Source: Marinobacter sp. (GTDB taxonomy: Bacteria; Pseudomonadota; Gammaproteobacteria; Pseudomonadales; Oleiphilaceae). From it: a stretch of 64,000 bases of DNA. Where the stretch lies: positions 505 to 64,504 of the forward strand of contig NZ_JBQDKB010000011.1 in assembly GCF_052094685.1 (NCBI RefSeq). The letters run 5' to 3'. This document shows, in pieces, positions 21,783 through 33,987 of this stretch. The position numbers and the translations under genes were made by a program. How positions within the stretch are numbered: the stretch's first letter is position 1; each line of letters begins with the position of its first letter. A model generated the notes under the pieces. It did not search any database, was not told the DNA's origin, and saw only the letters and a program-made list of their open reading frames with translations.

Positions 21783-23276
21783 ATGAGTAAAGAGATCTTG
21801 CTGGTGGTTGAAGCCGTCTCGAACGAGAAAGGTGTCGAGAAGGACGTGATTTTCGAGGCGATCGAGTTGGCACTCGCCACAGCTGCCAAAAAGCGTTATG
21901 ACGATGAAGAGTCGGATGTGCGTGTGTCAATTGACCGCCGTACCGGCGAGTACGAAACCTTCCGCCGTTGGCTGGTCGTAGATAACGACGCTGTACCTGC
22001 ACTGGGTACTGAGCTCACGCTTCAAGAAGCCGAAGAAATCGACACAGAGCTGAAGCCTGGCGACACCTACGAAGAGAAGGCGGAGTCAGTTGCGTTCGGT
22101 CGTATCGGAGCCCAGGCCGCCAAACAGATCATCTTCCAGAAGGTGCGCGAGGCTGAGCGTAGCAAAATTGTTGATAGCTATCGTGATCGCGTTGGTGAGT
22201 TGGTTTCGGGTACCGTTAAAAAGGTTACTCGCGATAACGTCATTGTTGATCTTGGCGCTAACGCAGAGGCGCTGCTGCCTAGAGAGCAACTGATCCCGCG
22301 CGAGACATTTCGCATGGGTGACCGGGTTCGTTCGTTGCTGCTGGAGATCCGTACGGATCACCGTGGCCCACAGCTGATTCTTAGCCGCTCTGCATCGCAG
22401 ATGCTGGTTGAGTTGTTTCGCATTGAAGTGCCTGAAATTGCTGAAGAGCTGATTGAGATCCGTGGCGCAGCCCGAGATCCAGGTTCTCGCGCCAAGATTG
22501 CGGTAAAGACCAACGACCGCCGTATTGATCCCGTCGGTGCCTGTGTGGGCATGCGTGGCTCCCGTGTTCAGGCTGTTTCTAACGAGCTCGGCGGTGAGCG
22601 TGTAGATATTGTGCTGTGGGACGATAACCCTGCACAACTAGTCATTAACGCCATGGCCCCGGCTGAAGTGGCTTCCATTGTGATGGACGAAGATCGTCAC
22701 ACCATGGAAGTAGCTGTTGCCGAAGATAATCTGGCCCAGGCCATCGGGCGTAACGGACAGAACGTTCGCCTGGCTACTGAGCTTACAGGCTGGACTCTGA
22801 ACGTAATGACCGAAGAAGAAGCCGGTGAGCGTCAAGAGCAAGAGCACAACACGCTGGTTGAGCATTTTACTGCGCACCTGGATGTGGATGAAGAGTTCGC
22901 TGCTGTGCTGATCGAAGAAGGCTTTACTTCTATCGAAGAAGTCGCCTACGTACCCATGGAAGAAATGCTGGCGATTGATGGTTTTGATGAAGACACCGTT
23001 TCAGAACTTCGCCGCCGTGCCAAAGACGCTTTGTTGAATCAGGCCCTGGCGAGCGAAGAAGCCCTCGATGGCGCCGAGCCGGCAGAAGATCTTCTGGGCA
23101 TGGATGGCATGGATCGCGGTCTGGCGTTCAAGCTCGCCGGCATGGGTGTGCGTACGATGGAAGATTTGGCTGAGCAGTCGGTTGACGACTTGCTCGATAT
23201 CGAAGGTATGGATGAAGAGCGTGCAGGACAACTTATTATGGCTGCACGCGCCCCTTGGTTTGAAGACCAGGCTTAA
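21783..23276 (+). CDS. nusA: Transcription termination/antitermination factor NusA
   Basis: '[18 protein letters not shown]', S1 and KH domains, acidic repeats. Confidence 0.98.
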   Translation: MSKEILLVVEAVSNEKGVEKDVIFEAIELALATAAKKRYDDEESDVRVSIDRRTGEYETFRRWLVVDNDAVPALGTELTLQEAEEIDTELKPGDTYEEKAESVAFGRIGAQAAKQIIFQKVREAERSKIVDSYRDRVGELVSGTVKKVTRDNVIVDLGANAEALLPREQLIPRETFRMGDRVRSLLLEIRTDHRGPQLILSRSASQMLVELFRIEVPEIAEELIEIRGAARDPGSRAKIAVKTNDRRIDPVGACVGMRGSRVQAVSNELGGERVDIVLWDDNPAQLVINAMAPAEVASIVMDEDRHTMEVAVAEDNLAQAIGRNGQNVRLATELTGWTLNVMTEEEAGERQEQEHNTLVEHFTAHLDVDEEFAAVLIEEGFTSIEEVAYVPMEEMLAIDGFDEDTVSELRRRAKDALLNQALASEEALDGAEPAEDLLGMDGMDRGLAFKLAGMGVRTMEDLAEQSVDDLLDIEGMDEERAGQLIMAARAPWFEDQA

Positions 23277-23293
23277 CTCGGGAGGAGACCAGT

Positions 23294-25843
23294 ATGGCTG
23301 AAGTAACGGTAAAACAACTGGCCGAAGATGTAGGCGCTCCCGTGGATCGTTTGCTGAAGCAGATCGTTGAAGCTGGCCTGAAAGCCCGCTCAGAAACTGA
23401 TTCTGTGTCCAGCGATGAGAAGCAGCAGCTGCTGACTTATCTAAGAAAGGGCCACGGTGACGCAGATGCCGAACCTCAGAAGATTACGCTGAAGCGGAAA
23501 ACGACCACTACGCTCAAGGCTGGTAAAGCCAGGGCCGTTAACGTCGAAGTGCGCAAGCGACGCACCTATGTGAAGCGTGCAGAGTCGCAGCCGGATGCGG
23601 AAGTAGCAGCGCCTGAAGAGATTCAAGAAGAGCAGAAAGTGGAGCCAGTACAGGCGGAGCAATCCGCAAACGTAACGGCTCCGCAAGCAGAAACAGAAGC
23701 TCCTTCTGAAGCGGCGAAGAAAGAAACGCCGGCTGCAGAAGAGCAAGCGCCGGTACAGAAGGCTGAGCCGAAAAAGGCGCCCGAACCTACACCGGTTACC
23801 GCTCCGGAAGATATGCCGATGCCGCCGCCTGAGGGTGATGGCAAGGATCGGAAGCCTAAAAAGAAGAAAGAAAAAGTTCGTGAGCGTGGTGACGAAACCG
23901 AAGAAGGCAAGCCTAAGAAAAAACAGGCTGGCCATCGTGGGCCACGTAACCGCCCGGCAGAAAAGGGCGCAGTGATCTCTGCAGACGATGAAGACAATAC
24001 GTTGCGCAAACCACTGCGTGCGAAAAAGAAATCCAAAGAGAAGCGTCATGGCTTCGAGAGGCCGACCAAACCAATGGTCAGAGAAGTAGAAGTTCCTGAA
24101 GTGATTACCGTTGGCGATCTAGCCCAGCGCATGGCCGTTAAGTCGGGTGATGTCATTAAGGTCCTGATGGGCATGGGTGTGATGGCAACCATCAACCAAC
24201 CGTTGGATCAGGAAACATCGACTCTAGTCGTTGAAGAACTTGGCCATACAGCCAAGCCCATCAGCGACGATGCTTTTGAGCACGATGTACTTAGCGAGTT
24301 CAAAGTGGAAGGCAAGGATAAAACAAAGCGCGCACCGGTTGTGAGCGTAATGGGCCACGTCGACCACGGTAAGACATCACTGTTGGACTACATTCGCCGT
24401 ACCAAGGTTGCTTCTGGTGAGTCCGGAGGTATTACCCAGCATATCGGGGCCTATCACGTGGAAACCGATCAGGGCATGGTCTCGTTTCTGGATACCCCAG
24501 GCCACGCGGCTTTCACCGCGATGCGTGCCCGTGGTGCCCAGTGCACCGATATCGTTATCCTGGTAGTCGCATCTGATGATGGTGTTATGCCACAGACTAA
24601 AGAAGCGGTGTTACATGCCCGCTCTGCCGGTGTGCCCATCGTGGTTGCGATCACCAAGATGGACAAAGAACAAGCTGACCCGGATCGTGTGAAGAACGAA
24701 CTGGCCGCGATCGACGTTATTCCGGAAGACTGGGGTGGCGATGTGCAGTTTGTGCCTATCTCCGCGCATTCAGGTGACGGTGTAGACACGCTGCTAGAGG
24801 CGATTCTGCTGCAGGCTGAGATCCTTGAACTTCAGGCCTCACCTGACGCACCTGCTAATGGTGTTGTTGTTGAATCCAGCCTTGAGCGTGGGCGCGGATC
24901 TGTTGCTACTGTGCTCGTACAGAACGGTACTCTGCGACGTGGCGATATGGTTGTTGCGGGTTCCTTCTTCGGTAAAGTGCGCGCAATGACCGATGAGGCC
25001 GGCAAGCAGGTAAAAGATGCCGGCCCGTCGATTCCGGTCGAGATTCTTGGTTTGAATGGTACACCGAACGCCGGTGACGAGTTCTTTGCGGTAGCTGATG
25101 AACGGAAGGCAAAAGAGCTGGCTGAATTCCGCCACGTTCGTGAGCGCGAGCAGCGTTTGCAGCGGGCGCAAGCGGCCAAACTTGAGAACCTGTTCGAGAA
25201 CATGGGTAAAGATGAGGTTAAAACCCTCAACGTTGTTCTTAAAACAGACGTTCGTGGCTCTCTTGAGGCGATCAACAAGTCGCTGCAAGATCTGGGCAAC
25301 GACGAAGTTCAGGTCAAAATTGTGTCCTCCGGCGTTGGTGGTATTGCAGAGACGGACGTGAGCCTGGCAATGGCGACAAACGCTGTTATCTTTGGCTTCA
25401 ACGTACGCGCTGATACAGCCTCTAAGCGTCTGGTCGAGCAAGAAGGCTTGGATCTACGTTATTACAGCATCATCTATAACCTGCTGGACGATGTGAAAGC
25501 AGCGCTGACAGGCATGTTGGCACCAGAGTTCCGCGAAGACATTATTGGCATTGCCGATGTTCGCGACGTGTTCCGTTCACCGAAGTTCGGCCAGGTTGCC
25601 GGCTGCATGGTGACCGAGGGCAACGTATATCGGAACAAGCCTATTCGTGTGCTGCGTGACAACGTGGTGATCTTTGAAGGCGAGCTGGAATCTCTGCGTC
25701 GCTTCAAGGACGACGTTCCCGAAGTCCGTAACGGCATGGAATGTGGTATCGGTGTTAAAGGCTACGATGTAAAGGTCGGTGACCAGATCGAAGTCTTCGA
25801 CCGGATTAGAGTCGAGCGTAAGCTCGAGTCTACGGGGGCCTAA
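23294..25843 (+). CDS. infB: Translation initiation factor IF-2
   Basis: '[13 protein letters not shown]', 'DTPGHAAF'. Confidence 0.99.
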   Translation: MAEVTVKQLAEDVGAPVDRLLKQIVEAGLKARSETDSVSSDEKQQLLTYLRKGHGDADAEPQKITLKRKTTTTLKAGKARAVNVEVRKRRTYVKRAESQPDAEVAAPEEIQEEQKVEPVQAEQSANVTAPQAETEAPSEAAKKETPAAEEQAPVQKAEPKKAPEPTPVTAPEDMPMPPPEGDGKDRKPKKKKEKVRERGDETEEGKPKKKQAGHRGPRNRPAEKGAVISADDEDNTLRKPLRAKKKSKEKRHGFERPTKPMVREVEVPEVITVGDLAQRMAVKSGDVIKVLMGMGVMATINQPLDQETSTLVVEELGHTAKPISDDAFEHDVLSEFKVEGKDKTKRAPVVSVMGHVDHGKTSLLDYIRRTKVASGESGGITQHIGAYHVETDQGMVSFLDTPGHAAFTAMRARGAQCTDIVILVVASDDGVMPQTKEAVLHARSAGVPIVVAITKMDKEQADPDRVKNELAAIDVIPEDWGGDVQFVPISAHSGDGVDTLLEAILLQAEILELQASPDAPANGVVVESSLERGRGSVATVLVQNGTLRRGDMVVAGSFFGKVRAMTDEAGKQVKDAGPSIPVEILGLNGTPNAGDEFFAVADERKAKELAEFRHVREREQRLQRAQAAKLENLFENMGKDEVKTLNVVLKTDVRGSLEAINKSLQDLGNDEVQVKIVSSGVGGIAETDVSLAMATNAVIFGFNVRADTASKRLVEQEGLDLRYYSIIYNLLDDVKAALTGMLAPEFREDIIGIADVRDVFRSPKFGQVAGCMVTEGNVYRNKPIRVLRDNVVIFEGELESLRRFKDDVPEVRNGMECGIGVKGYDVKVGDQIEVFDRIRVERKLESTGA

Positions 25844-26265
25844 TGGCCAGAGAGTTCAGTCGTATTGATCGCATTGGCGATCAAATGCAGCGTGAGCTTG
25901 CTCAGCTGATTCAGCGTGAGGTCAAGGATCCGCGGTTGGGCATGGTAACGGTCAATGCAGTCAAGGTCAGTCGTGACCTTGGCTACGCTGATATCTATGT
26001 TTCCCTGCTGACTACTGAGGAGCTTACTGCTGAATCCCCTGAAGCACAGGAATCTGTTGCGGTTTTGAACAGGGCGGCTGGGTTTCTCCGCGGCCAAGTG
26101 GGCAGAGCCATGAAGCTGCGGGTTGTTCCGCAGCTTCGTTTCCACTTTGATGCGCTTCAGGGCTATAGCCGTAGAATGGACAGTCTTATTCGTGAAGCGG
26201 TGGGTGACAAACCCGCCGTTGAGCGGAACGACGAAACCCCGAGTGATCCGGAGTCAAACGATTGA
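25843..26265 (+). CDS. rbfA: Ribosome-binding factor A
   Basis: '[14 protein letters not shown]...KDPRLG...VSRDL..A..Y'. Confidence 0.97.
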   Translation: MAREFSRIDRIGDQMQRELAQLIQREVKDPRLGMVTVNAVKVSRDLGYADIYVSLLTTEELTAESPEAQESVAVLNRAAGFLRGQVGRAMKLRVVPQLRFHFDALQGYSRRMDSLIREAVGDKPAVERNDETPSDPESND

Positions 26266-27191
26266 GTCGCAGACGTAAAGGCCGTGTTGTTAATGGCATT
26301 CTGGTCATTGATAAGCCGGCGGGCATCACCTCTAACGGTATCCTGCAAGAGGTCAAGCGCCTTTATGGTGCCGCCAAAGCAGGCCATACCGGCGCTCTGG
26401 ATCCGATAGCAACCGGGGTTCTGCCGCTGTGCTTCGGTGAGGCGACAAAGTTCTCGCAGATGATGCTGGATAGCGACAAGGCCTACATTGCCACGGCGCG
26501 GTTGGGCCAGCGCACTGAAACTGGCGACAGTGAAGGTGCCGTGGTTGCCGAAAAACCGGTGCCAGAAGGCCTTACACCGGAAGTGATCGAGCCCGTGCTT
26601 GAACAGTTTCGTGGCGATATCCAGCAAGTCCCCTCTATGTATTCTGCCCTTAAGCACAAGGGGCGCCCGCTTTATGAATACGCCCGCGAAGGCATCGAAG
26701 TGGAACGTCCCGCGCGACCCGTGACCATTTACAGTCTCGAGCTTCTGGATATTCGAGAAACCGAAATGGATATTGCCGTAAAGTGCACCAAGGGTACGTA
26801 TATTCGCTCACTCGTTGAAGACATTGGCGAAGTGTTGGGTTGCGGTGCCCATGTGATTGCATTGCGGCGCACGCTGGCTGCTGGATTCACCCTGGCCGAT
26901 GCCCACCCAGTGCCCGACCTTGAGGCCATTCGCGAGCGCGGTGAAAGCTTGGATGGCCTTCTGGTTGCACCTGACGCAGCGCTTTCTATGTTCCCTGAGC
27001 ACCGCCTGAGCGGCCAGCCTTTAGTGTCGATATTGAACGGACAACCGGTTAGAATACCGGGCCAGGCTTTTGAAGGTTTCGTGCGTATTTATGGCAACGA
27101 AGGTTTCGTAGGGCTGGCAGAAGCATTGCCAGAAGGCGAGGAAACCCAATTGGTGCCTCGTCGGCTGGTAAGTAACAGCGATAGAAACTAG
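26262..27191 (+). CDS. truB: tRNA pseudouridine(55) synthase
   Basis: '[17 protein letters not shown]', 'KGTYIRSL'. Confidence 0.97.
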   Translation: MSRRRKGRVVNGILVIDKPAGITSNGILQEVKRLYGAAKAGHTGALDPIATGVLPLCFGEATKFSQMMLDSDKAYIATARLGQRTETGDSEGAVVAEKPVPEGLTPEVIEPVLEQFRGDIQQVPSMYSALKHKGRPLYEYAREGIEVERPARPVTIYSLELLDIRETEMDIAVKCTKGTYIRSLVEDIGEVLGCGAHVIALRRTLAAGFTLADAHPVPDLEAIRERGESLDGLLVAPDAALSMFPEHRLSGQPLVSILNGQPVRIPGQAFEGFVRIYGNEGFVGLAEALPEGEETQLVPRRLVSNSDRN

Positions 27192-27268
27192 TTATATCGT
27201 TGTATAGCCGGGCTGTAGAGATGCGCGGTCCGGCCGGATTTAATCGCATCGCAAACATGAGGTGAATT

Positions 27269-27538
27269 ATGGCTCTTTCAGCCAATGAGAAAGCACAGAT
27301 CGTTCAAGATTATCAGCAAGCTGATGGCGACACGGGTTCCCCAGAAGTGCAAGTTGCACTGCTGAGCGCCAACATCAACAAGCTGCAGGGTCATTTCAAG
27401 ATCAACAAGCAGGATCACCATTCCCGCCGTGGTCTGATCCGGATGGTAAACCAGCGTCGTAAACTGCTGGACTACCTCCGTAAGAAAAACGGTGACCGGT
27501 ACCTGGAGCTGATCAAGCGCCTTGGACTACGTCGTTAA
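27269..27538 (+). CDS. rpsO: 30S ribosomal protein S15
   Basis: '[12 protein letters not shown]...[20 protein letters not shown]'. Confidence 0.99.
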   Translation: MALSANEKAQIVQDYQQADGDTGSPEVQVALLSANINKLQGHFKINKQDHHSRRGLIRMVNQRRKLLDYLRKKNGDRYLELIKRLGLRR

Positions 27539-27693
27539 TCAGGTCTTACGACCTGACGGTTGCCTTCGGGATTTCCCGGTGGCAGCCACCAGCCGGTGGG
27601 CTCCTTAAGGGGCCTGCCGGTTGTGCTTTTGAACACCGCATTGTGTGTTTTGTGAACCTGGGATTTCCTGTCATATTGGGAAGCCGAAATTGA

Positions 27694-27772
27694 TAGCAGG
27701 TTGTTGAAAGCCCGGGCGGTGCGGCTCTAGAGCGTACCAGTTGCCTGGCCGGGGTTTTGCAACAGCCTGTTA
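27694..27772 (+). promoter_or_regulatory. Long stem-loop in the pnp leader (probable RNase III site)
   Basis: TAGCAGGTTGTTGAAAGCCCGG pairs with CCGGGGTTTTGCAACAGCCTGTTA using G:U pairs. Confidence 0.6.
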
Positions 27773-27839
27773 GCTTTCAGGCAGGGTGCCTTTAGGGACA
27801 CACTACTTTCATTTTGAACAGATAACGCAGGAGTTCGTT

Positions 27840-29960
27840 GTGGATCTGCAACCGCGTAAAAAATCATTTGAGCTGGGTGGCGAAACCGTCACTCTGGAAA
27901 CGGGCCGCGTTGCTCGTCAGGCTACCGGTTCCGTTCTGGTCACTGTGGGTGACATCTCGGTTCTGGGTACCGTTGTTGGTGCCAAGGAAGCCAAGCCCGG
28001 TCAGCCATTCTTCCCGCTGACTGTTAACTATTTCGAAAAGACCTATGCCGTTGGCAAAATTCCGGGTGGTTTCTTCAAGCGTGAAGGGCGTCCTTCCGAG
28101 AAAGAAACTCTGACATCCCGTTTGATCGACCGTCCGATTCGTCCGCTGTTCCCGAACGGCTACATGAACGAGACCCAGGTTATTTGTACGGTTATGTCGT
28201 CCAGCAAGAACCAGGATCCAGATATTGCTGCCATGCTGGCCGCTTCTGCTGCCTTGGCAATCTCTGGTATTCCTTTCGCGGGTCCAGTCGGCGCTAGCCG
28301 TGTTGGTTACACCAACGAAAGAGGTTACTTCCTGAACCCAAGCTTCGAAGATCTGAAAACCTCCCTGCTAGACATGATCGTTGCTGGCACCGAAGACGCC
28401 GTTCTGATGGTTGAATCCGAAGCCAAAGGCCTGAGCGAAGATCAGATGCTGGGTGGCGTTCTGTTTGCTCACCAGGAAATGCAGACTGCTGTTACAGCGA
28501 TCAAAGAATTCGCCGCTGAAAATGGCAAGCCTCGTTGGGATTGGCAGCCAGCTGCTGAAAACACCGAGCTGCTGGGTGCGATCACGTCTGAGTTTGCCGG
28601 CGCTATTGAAGAAGCCTATGGCATTCACGACAAGATGGCTCGCTACGCACGTCTTGGCGAAATCAAAACCGCAGCAGTTGAAAAACTAGCTGGCGAGGAG
28701 GAAGGCCAGCCTTCCGCAGACGAAGTTAAAAAGAACTTCGGAAAAGTCGAAAAAACAGTTGTTCGCCAACAGGTTATTGATGGCAAGCCGCGCATTGATG
28801 GTCGTGACAATAAAACCGTTCGTCCGATCGAGATCGAAGTGGGCATTCTGCCCAGCGTTCACGGTTCTGCACTGTTTACCCGTGGCGAAACTCAGGCGAT
28901 TGTGACCACAACCCTGGGTACTTCACGTGACGTGCAGACTATCGATGCATTGGAAGGCGAGCGTAAGGATCCGTTCCTGTTCCACTACAACTTCCCTCCG
29001 TACTCCGTAGGTGAAGCTGGCCGTGTTGGTACACCAGGCCGTCGTGAAGTTGGCCACGGTCGTTTGGCCAAGCGCGGTGTGATGGCGGTTATGCCGACCA
29101 TGGATGAGTTCCCGTATGCCATTCGTTCTGTGTCTGAGATCACTGAATCCAATGGCTCCAGCTCTATGGCGTCTGTTTGTGGTTCAAGCTTGGCATTGAT
29201 GGATGCTGGTGTGCCGCTGAAGGCGCCGGTAGCTGGTATTGCCATGGGTCTGGTTAAGGAAGGCGATAAGTTTGCCATCCTAACGGACATCTTGGGCGAC
29301 GAAGATCACTTGGGCGACATGGACTTCAAGGTAGCTGGTACCAAAGACGGTATCACTGCTCTGCAGATGGACATCAAAATCCAGGGCATTACCGACGAGA
29401 TCATGGAGCTTGCTTTGGAGCAGGCGCACAGTGCTCGTCAGCACATTCTTGTTGAGATGAACAAGGTTATCTCTGAGCCGCGTACTGAGCTTTCTCCGCG
29501 CGCTCCGAGCATCACCGCTATCAAGATCAACCCTGAGAAGATCCGCGACGTGATCGGTAAGGGCGGCTCTATGATCCGTTCTATCTGTGACGAAACTGGC
29601 GCTTCTATTGATCTGGATGACGACGGTAACGTGAAGATCTACGCAGAGAACCAGGAAGCAGCCCAGGCGGCGGTTAACCGGGTTAAAGAGATTACTGCAG
29701 AGATTGAAGTGGATGCTATCTACAAGGGCCGCGTTGAGCGCATTGTAGACTTCGGTGCCTTTGTTAACATTCTGCCTGGCAAGGATGGTCTGGTACACAT
29801 TTCCCAGATCTCTGATCGCCGGATTGAGAACGTAACTGACGAGCTGAGCGAAGGTCAGGAAGTTCTGGTCAAAGTGTTGGATGTAGACAACCGTGGCCGT
29901 GTGAAGCTGTCTATGAAGGAAGTTAAGGAAGGCGAGCAGCCAACTGACTTCACTGACTGA
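27840..29960 (+). CDS. pnp: Polyribonucleotide nucleotidyltransferase (PNPase)
   Basis: '[14 protein letters not shown]', '[11 protein letters not shown]', '[10 protein letters not shown]', KH and S1 domains; GTG at 27840 follows CAGGAG. Confidence 0.99.
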   Translation: MDLQPRKKSFELGGETVTLETGRVARQATGSVLVTVGDISVLGTVVGAKEAKPGQPFFPLTVNYFEKTYAVGKIPGGFFKREGRPSEKETLTSRLIDRPIRPLFPNGYMNETQVICTVMSSSKNQDPDIAAMLAASAALAISGIPFAGPVGASRVGYTNERGYFLNPSFEDLKTSLLDMIVAGTEDAVLMVESEAKGLSEDQMLGGVLFAHQEMQTAVTAIKEFAAENGKPRWDWQPAAENTELLGAITSEFAGAIEEAYGIHDKMARYARLGEIKTAAVEKLAGEEEGQPSADEVKKNFGKVEKTVVRQQVIDGKPRIDGRDNKTVRPIEIEVGILPSVHGSALFTRGETQAIVTTTLGTSRDVQTIDALEGERKDPFLFHYNFPPYSVGEAGRVGTPGRREVGHGRLAKRGVMAVMPTMDEFPYAIRSVSEITESNGSSSMASVCGSSLALMDAGVPLKAPVAGIAMGLVKEGDKFAILTDILGDEDHLGDMDFKVAGTKDGITALQMDIKIQGITDEIMELALEQAHSARQHILVEMNKVISEPRTELSPRAPSITAIKINPEKIRDVIGKGGSMIRSICDETGASIDLDDDGNVKIYAENQEAAQAAVNRVKEITAEIEVDAIYKGRVERIVDFGAFVNILPGKDGLVHISQISDRRIENVTDELSEGQEVLVKVLDVDNRGRVKLSMKEVKEGEQPTDFTD

Positions 29961-29973
29961 TAGCTAGCAGCTA

Positions 29974-30870
29974 CTAAAAACCCGCCTTTCCTTTGGATTG
30001 GCGGGTTTTTTTTGCTTCTAAAAATTCCAGGACAGAATTTTTGTACGCAGGAATGATGAACGTTGCCGCGTGAGGCGTATCAGTCTGAAGGAATTCCTTC
30101 GGTTTATTGGCAGCTTCGTAAAGCGCTTGGCCGTGATGGAAGGGGATGATGCCGTCGCGGACGCTGTGAATGATCATGGTGGGTACGGGGCTGATGTTGG
30201 CAATCTGGTCTACGCCTTCGTATTCGTCTGGGATCGTCCAGCTGAGAGGGATTTGGAAGGGCCAGGTGAGCCAGAAGCTTCCAAGCTTCTCTCTGGCTAT
30301 GCCGCGGAAGCCGGAGAAGGTGCCGTCCAAGATCACGCCACTAAGCTCAGGTGTTTCGTTTCTTTGTACCCATTCACTGGCAAGGGTTAGCCCCAGTGCG
30401 CCGCCCAAGCTTTGGCCGAGGATAAATACAGGCGTGTTATTGGTGTTTCGCTGACGGGTTAGCCACCGTAAGCCGGTTTCGGAATCGTGAAGCGCGCCTT
30501 CTATGTCTGGCGCGCCGGTGGACTTTCCGTAGCCTCGGTAGTCGATGGTGAATACGTTGTAGCCTTCTGCGGGCAGCCAGGCGACGTTGAGTAGGTGGCT
30601 GCTGATGTTTTGGGCATTGCCGTGGAGGAAATAAACGGTGCCATTGGGCTGACCCTCAGCAGGTAGCCACCAGCCGTGCAGGGTCTCTCCGTCGGCAGTG
30701 TCTAGGTAAATATTTTCGTAAGCCAGATCGAGGCGGTCTGGCGTTATGTAGGTGGTTTGATCCGGGAAAAAGAACAGGCTGCTGCAGCCGCTTTGCAGTA
30801 GCACCGCAGCTGAGAGACATAAAAGAAGCAAAAGCTGTTTCAGAAGTACGCGTGCAGTCCGGCTTGCCAT
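29974..30870 (-). CDS. Alpha/beta hydrolase, predicted lipoprotein
   Basis: Lipobox-like 'LQSGC'; 'YFLHGNAQN'; nucleophile elbow GQSLG; 'IHSVRDGII'. Confidence 0.85.
   Translation of the reverse strand: MASRTARVLLKQLLLLLCLSAAVLLQSGCSSLFFFPDQTTYITPDRLDLAYENIYLDTADGETLHGWWLPAEGQPNGTVYFLHGNAQNISSHLLNVAWLPAEGYNVFTIDYRGYGKSTGAPDIEGALHDSETGLRWLTRQRNTNNTPVFILGQSLGGALGLTLASEWVQRNETPELSGVILDGTFSGFRGIAREKLGSFWLTWPFQIPLSWTIPDEYEGVDQIANISPVPTMIIHSVRDGIIPFHHGQALYEAANKPKEFLQTDTPHAATFIIPAYKNSVLEFLEAKKTRQSKGKAGF
29976..30013. terminator. Bidirectional terminator after pnp
   Basis: AAAAACCCGCC...GGCGGGTTTTTTTT. Confidence 0.85.
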
Positions 30871-32705
30871 GTGCTTTGGTACCTGTCGTAGTGATCTTCT
30901 CGGGTGAATTCTGCAAACAGGCTGAATTCGCGGCCTATGTGCCAGTTGGCTCTTGCGTATAGCTGATCTTGTCGGTGCTGACTGCTGACGATCCAGGCCT
31001 TGGTTTTTACTCCGCCAGAAAAGCTGAAGTAGTTGTTTTGGTGCAACAGGCCAATGTCGGCGCCAGGTGCGGCATCGTAGCCACGACGCAGGTCATCGTC
31101 GATTTCCAGATCGGCGGTGGCAATGGCGAAGGCTTGGGTTTGTTGGCCTAGGCTCCAGCTGCCACCAGCGCCACCTTCCAAATAGGGCGCGAAAACCCGT
31201 TTGTTGCCGTTGTCTGTGCGGCGACCACCAAAGCCTACTTGCCAGGATAGTGGGGAGAAGAACGCATTTCTCGGGCTTAGAGAGCGGATTTCGAGGCCCG
31301 TAAGTTGTTCAAGTTGCAGTTCGTCGTTGTCGCGGTAAAGGCGGGCGTCCAGGCGGAAAAACTGCAGCTGAGCGCCACTGCGGTAGCCTGCGGGTGGGTC
31401 GAGAACATCATGATAGGCTGGCCGGAATGTCAGTTGGGTGAATTCTCGATGCGCCAGTTGCCCGGCACTCAGGCTTACGCGAAACGTATCGTGGCCCTGA
31501 TCATCACGTACACGGGGCTCTGGCGGCAGTTTGGGTGGTGCAACACCGTCGATTTTACTGCGCTCGAGCAACAGTGCGTGGGATAGAGGGGCCGCAATAT
31601 CTGTTGGCCAGTCGTCTGCCTCGCTACGGTAACGTACATAATCATAGGTGGCATCGAGTAGGTTGGCTTTTTTCTTGGGGGCTAGAGATTGGACTCTCTC
31701 ATTGTTGGGAGCAATATCTCCATTCGCTATAGCAGCGGCGAGCCCCTGGTGGTCTCTGGGAAGGTTTGACAAGCTATAGGCCACAGATGTTGCGGTGGAT
31801 GGCCGATAGTGCACATTTGCTACCAGATCCTTGTCGACAGCCCAGCGTACTGTGTCTGAAGGTATGGCGTGTGTGGTTACTTGCTCTAGCAGCTCTGTGC
31901 CGGGTCGGGCTGCATCAATAAGTGCAAGCAATCGATAGGCGCAGTTTTCATCAAAGAAGAAGTAATCAAAGTTGCGCCCCTGAATTTCCCAAGCGTGGGC
32001 GAGCATCGAATCCACTTCCTGTTTGGTTAGGTTGAGTTCGTATTCCCATAAATCTCGATGCTCTATATCTGAATAGAGCCGAATTTTCTCGTAGTAAGGC
32101 TGCACGGTAGTGGTACCCGGATATCCGCCGAAGACTCCCTGATAAATAAAGAGCAGCTCGTTGTCCTGTTCCGGGGCGTCAGCGGCATAGGAAATCGTAT
32201 TGGCAAGCAGCAAGCTGGTTTGTTCGTCTTCCTGTGGTGGATCTAGTCGTAGGAAGGTATGGCCAAACATGGATGACGGGCTGTTGAGATAAGATGCTGC
32301 AAACACTAAGGTAATGCTTTCTGTATTGAGAGTGTCAGTCCACGCCTCGTAGTCCGGGCAACTGATCGGGCTTTTAGATAACTCTAGTTGCTCGCGAAGC
32401 CAGGTATCTCGTGCGGGAAAGCGGCACCGGGCGTGGCGGTTGCCTTCTCCTGGTTGTTGGATCGCTTCCAATGTTGCGTTCAGTTCCGCTTTTGGTGAGG
32501 TTTTACCTTGCCTACTTATAAAAAATGCCGGGTCATCGGCTTGGCTCGTGAAACCACTCCCAAATGTATTGGGTTGGTAATGAATGAGTGTGAGCCAAGC
32601 GGGGTTCAGAGATAGCGAATTTATGGTGGTTTGTGCGTGAGCCTGAAGAGGCAGGCCAGTGAAGAGCCAAAGAATGGTTGGCCCAAAGCGAAGCAGTTTA
32701 CCCAT
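30840..32705 (-). CDS. DUF4105 (Lnb-like N-terminal domain) protein with probable C-terminal beta-barrel
   Basis: Signal peptide; 'SSMFGHTFLR' and 'YFFFDENCAY' motifs; amphipathic beta strands ending in ...GLHAYF. Confidence 0.8.
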   Translation of the reverse strand: MGKLLRFGPTILWLFTGLPLQAHAQTTINSLSLNPAWLTLIHYQPNTFGSGFTSQADDPAFFISRQGKTSPKAELNATLEAIQQPGEGNRHARCRFPARDTWLREQLELSKSPISCPDYEAWTDTLNTESITLVFAASYLNSPSSMFGHTFLRLDPPQEDEQTSLLLANTISYAADAPEQDNELLFIYQGVFGGYPGTTTVQPYYEKIRLYSDIEHRDLWEYELNLTKQEVDSMLAHAWEIQGRNFDYFFFDENCAYRLLALIDAARPGTELLEQVTTHAIPSDTVRWAVDKDLVANVHYRPSTATSVAYSLSNLPRDHQGLAAAIANGDIAPNNERVQSLAPKKKANLLDATYDYVRYRSEADDWPTDIAAPLSHALLLERSKIDGVAPPKLPPEPRVRDDQGHDTFRVSLSAGQLAHREFTQLTFRPAYHDVLDPPAGYRSGAQLQFFRLDARLYRDNDELQLEQLTGLEIRSLSPRNAFFSPLSWQVGFGGRRTDNGNKRVFAPYLEGGAGGSWSLGQQTQAFAIATADLEIDDDLRRGYDAAPGADIGLLHQNNYFSFSGGVKTKAWIVSSQHRQDQLYARANWHIGREFSLFAEFTREDHYDRYQSTWQAGLHAYF

Positions 32706-32780
32706 GGGTAGGTGCGAGTTCCTGTCGGGTTTTAAATATACAGCATTGAAAGCGGGCCATCCGTGGCGCTCTGGAATCCT

Positions 32781-33242
32781 TTATGCCGTTACATACTTAC
32801 TCAGGGACTCATTCTTTTCCAATAAGGCGACGATGGCGCTGACGGCTTCGCCAGAAGTTGTGTCGGAATTTGGAAAGATTGTATTAAAGTTACCGCTTAG
32901 CACTCGATAAAACTCACTGCGATTTTCGACTTCAACTCCGAGTGCAGCTGCCATGGCTTCAAGATTTTCACCTTGACCACGGGACATGTCTGCAGCGATC
33001 GCGGCTCCCCGTGATTCCATGATCATTGCCATAGATTGGACGTTTTCATTGGTGTGGCAGCCGACAATACCTAAGGTCATGCTCACCGTTTGTGATGCCA
33101 TGCCGTTGGTCGTTGCAGCTAGTACGTGGGGGGCAATACCCGATTGCCCTTTCCAGATCATAGCGCCTACGCCGCAGCCTGGTTGTGCAAAAGCCATGGA
33201 CGAGGCGCCTAAAAGAATTGCACCGGCTATGAGTTTTTTCAT
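32781..33242 (-). CDS. DUF3015 family secreted protein
   Basis: Signal peptide 'AMAFA', 'PGCGVGAMI', 'LAATTN', 'DMSRGQGENL'; sits directly before the DUF4105 gene. Confidence 0.75.
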   Translation of the reverse strand: MKKLIAGAILLGASSMAFAQPGCGVGAMIWKGQSGIAPHVLAATTNGMASQTVSMTLGIVGCHTNENVQSMAMIMESRGAAIAADMSRGQGENLEAMAAALGVEVENRSEFYRVLSGNFNTIFPNSDTTSGEAVSAIVALLEKNESLSKYVTA

Positions 33243-33532
33243 TATGTTCTCCTAAGATGTTTTAGCAGTCGTCTGGTAACGCGCTGGCCACCATTTTTTG
33301 GTGATTTATAGTGAGCAAGGTGACCATTGGGTTGAGTATAGTTCAATATCAAAATGTGCCAGGTTTGTTGCATATTTTTCATGGGATTGATCAGGAGCAA
33401 AAAATGGTCGCGCGTTGATATTCCCTAATGGATTAAGGTGCTTTTTTTTATAAATTTCTTGTTATAGAGGAAGGGCTTACGTAAGATGTGCGCGGCCATG
33501 AAGGCTTGTTAACAAAACACGGAGACATTCTT

Positions 33533-33964
33533 TTGAAAAAAGTTCTAATTGCATCATCTTTGGTATTGGCTGGCGCGCTGTCAGGCTGTAGTTCAATGAA
33601 CGTTAGCTCTAACTCTATGCCGATTACTGCTCCACTGCAGACCGACATTAAAGCTGACGTTGAAGTTGGTGAGAAAATCACTGGCAAGGCTTCTGTAACG
33701 AAGATCCTGTTTTTCACTATCGGTAATGACAAGCAGTTCGCTGACGGCGTTTCTTACGGCGGCTCTAGCGGTGGTATGGGTCTGCCTTTCGGCGATCCAG
33801 TCTCCAAAGCCAAATCTGCAGCAGCGTACAAAGCTGTTACCGCTTCTGGCGCAGATATCATTGTAGCTCCACGTTACACTGTTGAAACTGAAGACTTCGT
33901 AGTTTTCGGTACCATCAACGTAACGGTTGAAGGCTACAAAGGCACTATCAAAAGCATCAAGTAA
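33533..33964 (+). CDS. Small lipoprotein of unknown function
   Basis: TTG start after GGAG; lipobox LSGC; strongly biased codons (TCT, GCT, TTC, AAC, AAA). Confidence 0.8.
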   Translation: MKKVLIASSLVLAGALSGCSSMNVSSNSMPITAPLQTDIKADVEVGEKITGKASVTKILFFTIGNDKQFADGVSYGGSSGGMGLPFGDPVSKAKSAAAYKAVTASGADIIVAPRYTVETEDFVVFGTINVTVEGYKGTIKSIK

Positions 33965-33987
33965 TTCGCTTTTGATTTGCTGCTTGT

